Assembly: GCA_007134525.1 (NCBI GenBank)
Contig: SLKR01000083.1
Location: 1-57,817, forward strand
DNA: 57,817 nt
Reading direction: 5' to 3'
Source of the DNA: Bacteroidales bacterium
GTDB lineage: Bacteria > Bacteroidota > Bacteroidia > Bacteroidales > UBA7960
Part shown: in pieces, positions 48,201-57,817 of the stretch
How positions within the stretch are numbered: position 1 is the first letter of the stretch
Layout of the letters: each line of letters starts with the position of its first letter
Program-made: the position numbers and the translations under genes
Notes under the pieces: generated by a model
What the model saw: the letters and a program-made list of their open reading frames with translations, nothing else
The model's database searches: none
What the model was told of the DNA's origin: nothing

Positions 48201-49579
48201 ATAGCCTTACCCTCAATGAGTTTCGGCTGAAAAGCCTGGATACCCAGCCTGTGAAGCGTGGGAGCACGGTTCAGCATAACCGGATGGCCCTTCAGTACGT
48301 TTTCAAGAATATCCCAGACTACCGGGTCCTTCCTGTCAACGATCTTTTTGGCCGATTTAACAGTCTTAACTATGCCCCTTTCAAGCATCTTCCTTATAAT
48401 AAAGGGCTTGAACAGTTCGGAGGCCATTTCTTTCGGGATACCGCATTCGTGGAGCCCAAGTTCGGGACCGACTACGATAACAGAACGTGCGGAATAATCA
48501 ACTCGCTTACCCAGAAGATTCTGGCGAAATCTACCCTGCTTGCCCTTCAAGCTGTCAGACAGTGATTTCAGCGGACGGTTTGACTCGGTCTTGACCGCAT
48601 TAGTCTTGCGGGAGTTGTCAAACAGGGAATCAACTGCCTCCTGGAGCATCCTCTTCTCGTTCCGGAGGATCACATCGGGAGCCTTGATCTCAATAAGCCT
48701 CTTAAGCCTGTTGTTCCGTATAATGACCCTTCTGTAAAGGTCATTAAGGTCACTCGTGGCGAAACGTCCTCCATCCAGAGGCACCAGTGGACGAAGTTCC
48801 GGAGGTATCACAGGAACTACATCGACAATCATCCACTCTGGTTTATTCTCAATAGTCTTCTGAGCATCACGGAATGCTTCAACAACCTGCAGGCGTTTTA
48901 ATGCATCTGCCTTGCGCTGCTGCGAGGTTTCGGTATTGGCTTTATGCCTCAGATCGTATGACAGCTGGTCAAGGTCGAGCCTGGTAAGAAGCTCCTTCAA
49001 AGCATCGGCGCCCATTCTGGCGATGAATTTATTCGGATCATCATCATCCAGCATCTGGTTCTCCATTGGCATTGACTCAAGGACATTGAAATACTCCTCC
49101 TCGGTCAGAAAATCCATAAAGTTCAACTCGTCGGATTTTATCCCCGGATTGATTACCACATATCTTTCATAATATATAACCTGATCAAGCTTTTTGGAAG
49201 GTAACCCCAGAAGGTAACCTATCTTGTTGGGGAGGGTACGGAAAAACCATATATGCGCAACCGGCACAACCAGTTTTATATGCCCCATTCTCTCCCTTCG
49301 CACCTTCTTTTCGGTTACTTCCACACCACAACGGTCACATACGATTCCTTTATAGCGTATGCGCTTATATTTTCCACAATGGCATTCCCAGTCCTTTACC
49401 GGACCAAATATCCTCTCGCAGAACAATCCGTCTCTTTCGGGCTTGTATGTGCGGTAATTGATGGTTTCCGGCTTCAATACCTCTCCATGCGACCGCTCCA
49501 GAACCGATTCGGGAGAGGCCAGACTGATGGTAATGCTGGAGAAATTGCTTTTTACGTTGGATTCTTTTCTGAAAGCCAT
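45260..49579 (-). CDS. rpoC: DNA-directed RNA polymerase subunit beta'
   Basis: NADFDGD, zinc-finger CxC..CxxC, GEPGTQLT. Confidence 0.99.
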   Translation of the reverse strand: MAFRKESNVKSNFSSITISLASPESVLERSHGEVLKPETINYRTYKPERDGLFCERIFGPVKDWECHCGKYKRIRYKGIVCDRCGVEVTEKKVRRERMGHIKLVVPVAHIWFFRTLPNKIGYLLGLPSKKLDQVIYYERYVVINPGIKSDELNFMDFLTEEEYFNVLESMPMENQMLDDDDPNKFIARMGADALKELLTRLDLDQLSYDLRHKANTETSQQRKADALKRLQVVEAFRDAQKTIENKPEWMIVDVVPVIPPELRPLVPLDGGRFATSDLNDLYRRVIIRNNRLKRLIEIKAPDVILRNEKRMLQEAVDSLFDNSRKTNAVKTESNRPLKSLSDSLKGKQGRFRQNLLGKRVDYSARSVIVVGPELGLHECGIPKEMASELFKPFIIRKMLERGIVKTVKSAKKIVDRKDPVVWDILENVLKGHPVMLNRAPTLHRLGIQAFQPKLIEGKAIQLHPLVCTAFNADFDGDQMAVHLPLGNAAILEAQLLMLASHNILNPANGAPIAVPSQDMVLGLYYMTKARKSTPEHPVKGQGLTFYGPEEAIIAHNEGAADLHAIIKVRVPVKEKGKLVNKIVETTIGRILFNQVIPEEYGFINLLLTKKALRDVIGGIMKETGISRTSKFLDDIKDLGFELAFRGGLSFNLGDIIVPEEKQILIDQADDQVEEVRANYSMGFITNNERYNQIIDIWTHTNAKLTKVLIDKTTADNQGFNPVFMMLDSGARGSKEQIRQLSGMRGLMAKPQKSGAKGGEIIENPILSNFKEGLSVLEYFISTHGARKGLADTALKTADAGYLTRRLVDVAQDVIITESDCGTLRGLTATALKNNEETVETLHDRILGRNTLHDIFHPTSGELIVGAGDELTEEISQVIEDSPIEAVEIRSVLTCESKVGVCAKCYGRNLATGRMVQKGESVGVIAAQSIGEPGTQLTLRTFHVGGTASNIATASKVNAKYAGVLEIDELRSVPFSSDDGRGYQVVIGRSAEMRIVDKNTQMVLTSQNIPYGANLYFKNGDEVKSGDLICEWDPYNAVIISDVPGKAVFNNMKEGSTYRTDSDEQTGYYEKVIIDSKDKTKNPSISIVDKSGNEERVYDMPVGAHVVINEGVEVKPGTIVAKIPRAVGKSGDITGGLPRITELFEARNPSDPAVVSEIDGVVSFGKKIKRGNREVIITSKTGDEKRYLVPLTKQILAQENDFVKAGTPLSDGPTTPADILAIKGPTAVQEYIVNEVQEVYRMQGVKINDKHFEIIVRQMMRKVVIEDQGDTRFLENEIVNKIDFMEENDSLFGKKVVEDPGDSALKPGQIITARRLRDENSMLRRRDKKLVVARDANGATARQQLQGITKASLQTQSFISAASFQETTKVLTDAAVNAKTDSLKGLKENVIVGHLIPAGTGLRDYDNIIVGSMEEYNLLMASKNKVVEESPEEKSEVTNK

Positions 49580-49638
49580 ATATAAGATTTGTTAGGAAGT
49601 TTTTTAATCTGATCAAATGCCGCAAAAATTGCAGGCCG

Positions 49639-53451
<3,813 letters not shown>

Positions 53452-53510
53452 GGGTTTGTGGATTTGAAGTGACTAAAAGCTATGAACTGAAGAAACAGAA
53501 TAACCAGTAA

Positions 53511-53563
53511 TAAAGATCAGACTTCTACAGCGAATGGCTCATTCGGCAGAAATCTGATCTTTA
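53511..53563 (-). terminator. Long hairpin (attenuator/terminator-like) between rplL and rpoB
   Basis: TAAAGATCAGA...CGAATG-GCT-CATTCG...TCTGATCTTTA inverted repeat. Confidence 0.6.
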
Positions 53564-53582
53564 GTGACTTTCAAGTCTGGGA

Positions 53583-53963
53583 TTACTTTACCTCAACCTC
53601 TGCTCCGGCCTCTTCAAGCTGCTTTTTCAACGATTCGGCCTCGTCCTTTGTAACTCCTTCCTTGATAGCTTTGGGTGCACTGTCAACCAGCTCTTTCGAC
53701 TCTTTAAGACCCAAACTGGTCAGTTCCTTAACGAGCTTAACAACTGCAAGCTTCGACGGGCCTGCCGCTTTCAGCATAACATCAAACTGTGTTTGCTCTT
53801 CAGCATCTTCACCGCCGCCTTCACCGCCAGCGGCTGCAACAGCCACAGGAGCCGCAGCTGCGGGCTCAATACCATATTCTTCTTTTAAAATTTCCGCCAA
53901 TTCATTAACCTCTTTTACCGTAAGATTAACCAATTGTTCTGCAAAAGCTTTCAAATCTGCCAT
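53583..53963 (-). CDS. rplL: 50S ribosomal protein L7/L12
   Basis: EPAAAAP hinge, [21 protein letters not shown]. Confidence 0.98.
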   Translation of the reverse strand: MADLKAFAEQLVNLTVKEVNELAEILKEEYGIEPAAAAPVAVAAAGGEGGGEDAEEQTQFDVMLKAAGPSKLAVVKLVKELTSLGLKESKELVDSAPKAIKEGVTKDEAESLKKQLEEAGAEVEVK

Positions 53964-54019
53964 TTTCTTATTGTTTTAATAGGGTTTTACTTTTTTAAAC
54001 TGTTTGATAAATGATTGGT

Positions 54020-54553
54020 CTAGCTCTCCTCACGTTCGGAAAGCGTTTTGACGACGCCTGCTATTGTATTTCCTCCAGATTTAAGCTGTGAAAGAACATT
54101 CTGTACAGGCGACTGCAATAGTCCGATAAGATCTCCGACAAGCTCTTCTTTCGACTTGATATTTGCAAGGGTATCCAGCTGGTCGTTGCCAATAAATACT
54201 GCCTCCTCAATATATGCAGCCTTTAAAAGCGGCTTTTCGAGTTTTCTGGCCTTCCGGAACTCCTTGATCAGTTTGGCGGGAACATTACCCGTGTCAGAAA
54301 GCATGAGTGAAGTTGAGCCCTTTAGTACCTCATAAAGAGGTTCCAGGTTCTTCTCGCACTTTTCCATAGCCTTCTTAAGCAGGGTATTCTTCACAACCTC
54401 CATTGTAACATTGCGCCTGAAGCACAATCGCCTAAGGTTGTTTATAGTCTCCACGTTCAAATCGGAAGTGTCGGCCAGATAAATGATATCGCTGTTTTTC
54501 AACCTCTCGGTAAGCGATTCCATTATCTGATATTTTTGTTCTCTACTTTTCAT
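54020..54553 (-). CDS. rplJ: 50S ribosomal protein L10
   Basis: VVKNTLLKKA, KSKEELVG. Position between rplA and rplL. Confidence 0.97.
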   Translation of the reverse strand: MKSREQKYQIMESLTERLKNSDIIYLADTSDLNVETINNLRRLCFRRNVTMEVVKNTLLKKAMEKCEKNLEPLYEVLKGSTSLMLSDTGNVPAKLIKEFRKARKLEKPLLKAAYIEEAVFIGNDQLDTLANIKSKEELVGDLIGLLQSPVQNVLSQLKSGGNTIAGVVKTLSEREES

Positions 54554-54590
54554 AAAGCGTATTCCTCTTTAAAGGTGAACCACCTCTTGT

Positions 54591-55286
54591 TTATAATGAC
54601 ACTGATTTGGTATCAACCTGAATCCCTGGGCTCATAGTGCTTGACATATATATACTTCGCACATATGTACCCTTGGAAGCTGCAGGTTTCAACCTCAATA
54701 TTGTCTGAATGAGATCTTTGGCATTCTCCATGAGTTTCTCCTTTTCAAAGGAGACCTTCCCGATACCGGCATGGATAATGCCATACTTATCCACTTTAAA
54801 GTCGATCTTCCCGCCTTTAACGTCCGCCACGGCTTTTCCGATATCCATGGTGACCGTTCCGGCCTTAGGATTGGGCATAAGTCCGCGCGGACCAAGTATG
54901 CGCCCCAGGGCACCTACCTTTGGCATGACATTGGGAGTTGTGATAACAACATCAACATCTGTCCATCCACCCTTGATCTTCTCAACATATTCATCCAGGC
55001 CAACGTAATCAGCTCCGGCTTCTTTAGCTTCATCCTCCTTCTCAGGGCCACAAAGTACAAGAACACGAACGGTCTTACCCGTACCATGCGGCAACGTGGT
55101 AACACCCCTTACCATTTGATTGGCTTTCCTGGGATCCACACCCAATCTGATGTCCAGATCAACTGATGCATCAAATTTGGCATAATTGAGTTTTTTAACC
55201 AGTTCAGCCGCTTCGGGTAAGGAATACAACTTGTTACTTTCGAACTTCGATAAAGCTTCTTTTTGGTTTTTTGTTATTTTCGCCAT
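54591..55286 (-). CDS. rplA: 50S ribosomal protein L1
   Basis: [39 protein letters not shown]. Confidence 0.98.
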   Translation of the reverse strand: MAKITKNQKEALSKFESNKLYSLPEAAELVKKLNYAKFDASVDLDIRLGVDPRKANQMVRGVTTLPHGTGKTVRVLVLCGPEKEDEAKEAGADYVGLDEYVEKIKGGWTDVDVVITTPNVMPKVGALGRILGPRGLMPNPKAGTVTMDIGKAVADVKGGKIDFKVDKYGIIHAGIGKVSFEKEKLMENAKDLIQTILRLKPAASKGTYVRSIYMSSTMSPGIQVDTKSVSL

Positions 55287-55346
55287 TTCTTAGATTGCGT
55301 TAAGCTTTAATAATTCACATTGCCCATACCGTGCATAAGGCAGGTA

Positions 55347-55784
55347 TTAAGCAGGGCGCTCCCCTTTGATACGAATACCCATACTGCGTGCTGTTCCTGC
55401 AACCATATTCATGGCTGAATCAACAGTAAAACAGTTCAGGTCTGGCATCTTTTCCTCAGCGATCGCCCGAACCTTTTCCCAGGTAATGGTTGCTACCTTA
55501 GCCCTGTTGGGTTCTGCTGAACCTGATTTGATCTTTGCTGCCTCACGTAATTGTACGGCAACAGGCGGGGTTTTAATGATAAAGTTAAAGGACTTGTCCT
55601 TGAACACGGTAATTATTACCGGTATCACCTTGCCTGCCTTGTCTTGCGTACGGGCGTTGAACTGCTTGCAAAACTCCATGATATTAACACCCTTAGCACC
55701 CAATGCAGGGCCTACGGGCGGTGAGGGGTTTGCAGCACCTCCTTTGATTTGCAGCTTGATTATTCCACTAACTTCTTTTGCCAT
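55347..55784 (-). CDS. rplK: 50S ribosomal protein L11
   Basis: [28 protein letters not shown]. Start placed at MAKEVS. Confidence 0.98.
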   Translation of the reverse strand: MAKEVSGIIKLQIKGGAANPSPPVGPALGAKGVNIMEFCKQFNARTQDKAGKVIPVIITVFKDKSFNFIIKTPPVAVQLREAAKIKSGSAEPNRAKVATITWEKVRAIAEEKMPDLNCFTVDSAMNMVAGTARSMGIRIKGERPA

Positions 55785-55858
55785 TTTTAGTTTGTTTTTC
55801 AAATAAGGGGACTGACATTTTCAGCAGGTTCTTAAACCGGGCACCCCGTAACAGGCAC

Positions 55859-56401
55859 CTACTCCTTCTCCACCTGCATGAAACTCAGCTCCAAAGGTGT
55901 TTTTCTTCCGAAGATCTTCACCATCACCTTGAGTTTCTTCTTCTCCTCATTGATCTCCTCAATTACACCTGAGAAACTGTTAAACGGACCGTCTGTTACC
56001 TTGACCGTTTCACCTACTATAAATGGAACGTTCAGTTCTTCCTCCTTGCCTGATAATTCGTCAACCTTTCCTAAAATACGGTTGACCTCTGAAGGACGAA
56101 GGGGTACCGGGTCACCACCAGAGCCCAGAAATCCCAGTACGCCGGGAACATTTCTTATAATGTGCGGAATCTCACCAACCAGTGCAGCCTCAACCAGGAC
56201 ATAGCCAGGGAAATAATTGCGCTCTGCGCTGATCTTTTTACCCTTGCGCACCTGATAGACCTTCTCGGTCGGTATAAGTACTTGCGACACGTAATCTTCC
56301 AGGCCCAGTCTGGCGATTTCATTCTCAAGGTATTTTTTTACCTTTTTTTCTCCGCCACTGATAGCCCGGACAACATACCATTTTTTCACTTGTTCGCTCA
56401 T
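55859..56401 (-). CDS. nusG: Transcription termination/antitermination factor NusG
   Basis: WYVV, FPGYVLV, KOW motif VKVTDGPF, IFGRKTPLEL. Confidence 0.98.
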   Translation of the reverse strand: MSEQVKKWYVVRAISGGEKKVKKYLENEIARLGLEDYVSQVLIPTEKVYQVRKGKKISAERNYFPGYVLVEAALVGEIPHIIRNVPGVLGFLGSGGDPVPLRPSEVNRILGKVDELSGKEEELNVPFIVGETVKVTDGPFNSFSGVIEEINEEKKKLKVMVKIFGRKTPLELSFMQVEKE

Positions 56402-56498
56402 ACCTGTTTACGAGATCTTTGTTCCGCAAAACTTTGCCGCCGGCCGGAGAAAACCAAAACATCAGAATCATTTCCCTTGCCGGTACAAAGCGGAAACA

Positions 56499-56693
56499 TT
56501 ACAAAAAGAGACGGTAAAACTGTTCTAGAATGGAGCTAAAGGAAATATCCATCAGATAAACGATAAATGCGATTATCAGGGAAGCAATAGATACAACCAC
56601 TGCGCTACTCTGCAGCTCGCTCCATGAAGGCCAGGAAACCTTGTTGATCAACTCATCATAGGATTCACTGATATAGGCTCTGATTTTCTTCAT
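56499..56693 (-). CDS. secE: Preprotein translocase subunit SecE
   Basis: ELINKVSWPS plus one TM segment. Position upstream of nusG. Confidence 0.95.
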   Translation of the reverse strand: MKKIRAYISESYDELINKVSWPSWSELQSSAVVVSIASLIIAFIVYLMDISFSSILEQFYRLFL

Positions 56694-56718
56694 AATTTAG
56701 GATCATTCTAATATTTTG

Positions 56719-56791
56719 CACGGGTGGAAGGAGTCGAACCCTCAACCAACGGTTTTGGAGACCGCTACTCTACCAATTGAGCTACACCCGT
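56719..56791 (-). tRNA. tRNA-Trp(CCA)
   Basis: Minus strand ACGGGTG-TAGCTCAATTGGTAGAGT-AGCGGT-CTCCAAA-ACCGT...GGTTCGACTCC..CACCCGTG. Confidence 0.97.
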
Positions 56792-56797
56792 TTATAT

Positions 56798-56839
56798 GGC
56801 TTTCGCTGACAGTCTCAACCGGAGCCATCAACGAAAGCC
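56798..56839. other. Stem-loop between tuf and tRNA-Trp
   Basis: GGCTTTCG...CGAAAGCC inverted repeat; could be a processing or stability element. Confidence 0.45.
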
Positions 56840-56851
56840 TATTTTGGGGTA

Positions 56852-57817
56852 TTAGTCAATAATCTCAGTTACCTGTCCGGCTCCTACTGTACGGCCACCT
56901 TCACGAATCGCAAAACGCAAACCTTTGTCCATCGCAACTTCTGCGATAAGGTCAACTGTAATAGTAAGGTTATCACCAGGCATAACCATTTCGCGTCCTT
57001 CCGGCAGTGTTATCTCACCTGTTACATCCGTTGTACGGAAGAAGAACTGCGGACGGTACTTGTTTCCGAACGGCGTGTGGCGTCCACCCTCTTCTTTCTT
57101 AAGTACATAAACCTCAGCCTTAAATCTCTTGTGGGGAGTTACAGAACCGGGCTTGCAAATTACCATACCACGTGAGATTGCATCCTTGTCAATACCACGG
57201 AGAAGCAAACCTACGTTGTCGCCGGCCTCCCCACGGTCAAGGATCTTACGGAACATCTCAACACCGGTTACAACCGACTTGAGTTTTTCTGCACCCATAC
57301 CAATGATATCAACAGGATCACTACTGTTTATAACACCTGTTTCAATACGGCCGGTAGCAACTGTACCGCGACCTGTAATTGAGAATACATCCTCAACAGG
57401 CATCAGAAAGTCTTTGTCAACATCACGCTTTGGCAATGGAATATGCTCATCAACCTCTTTCATGAGTTCAACGACTTTCTCAACCCATTTTGGCTCATTG
57501 TTTAGTCCGCCAAGGGCCGAACCCTGTACTACGGGAATATTGTCACCATCAAACTCATAAAACGAGAGCAGTTCACGGATCTCCATCTCAACAAGCTCAA
57601 GAAGTTCTTCGTCATCAACAAGGTCAACCTTGTTCATAAACACTACCAGTGCCGGAACACCTACCTGACGTGCCAAAAGAATATGTTCACGTGTCTGGGG
57701 CATCGGACCGTCTGTAGCGGCAACAACGAGGATGGCACCGTCCATCTGGGCAGCACCGGTAACCATATTCTTCACATAGTCAGCGTGACCAGGACAGTCA
57801 ACGTGCGCATAGTGACG
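56852..57817 (-). CDS. tuf: Elongation factor Tu, 5' partial
   Basis: Frame is open to the window end ([18 protein letters not shown]), with NKVD and GRTVGAG. Confidence 0.99.
   Translation of the reverse strand, partial: RHYAHVDCPGHADYVKNMVTGAAQMDGAILVVAATDGPMPQTREHILLARQVGVPALVVFMNKVDLVDDEELLELVEMEIRELLSFYEFDGDNIPVVQGSALGGLNNEPKWVEKVVELMKEVDEHIPLPKRDVDKDFLMPVEDVFSITGRGTVATGRIETGVINSSDPVDIIGMGAEKLKSVVTGVEMFRKILDRGEAGDNVGLLLRGIDKDAISRGMVICKPGSVTPHKRFKAEVYVLKKEEGGRHTPFGNKYRPQFFFRTTDVTGEITLPEGREMVMPGDNLTITVDLIAEVAMDKGLRFAIREGGRTVGAGQVTEIID

Overview
Chromosomal window from a Bacteroidota bacterium, probably Bacteroidales/Marinilabiliales-like. The evidence is TAnnTTTG promoters, a T9SS C-terminal sorting domain, DUF3467 after rpoC and a stand-alone MnmD. 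The right third is the core tuf-tRNA-Trp-secE-nusG-rplKAJL-rpoBC-DUF3467 cluster on the minus strand. Convergent with it, and overlapping its last gene, is a mutagenesis cassette: a LexA-like HTH/S24 repressor divergent from dinB-dnaE2, with two candidate TGATTA-N5-TAATCA operators. The middle holds housekeeping genes (mnmD, menA-like, queA, acyl-CoA ligase, SulP, ftcD, rplS, trmD, guanine deaminase, PNP) and a ghrA + HOGA1-like aldolase pair divergent from a T9SS-secreted metallopeptidase. Downstream of tRNA-Val(GAC) is an accessory-looking block: orphan hflK-hflC, an orphan MacB/FtsX-type permease with a sigma54 promoter and tandem palindromic enhancer, a DUF5695-like secreted protein and degenerate small membrane-protein genes. 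The left end has YfhO/GT4, an SLC13 permease, rlmH, a thioredoxin-thioredoxin reductase fusion and a biotin-dependent carboxylase trio. No CRISPR array, rRNA, transposase or integrase was seen. All family calls come from motif recognition by eye, not database searches.
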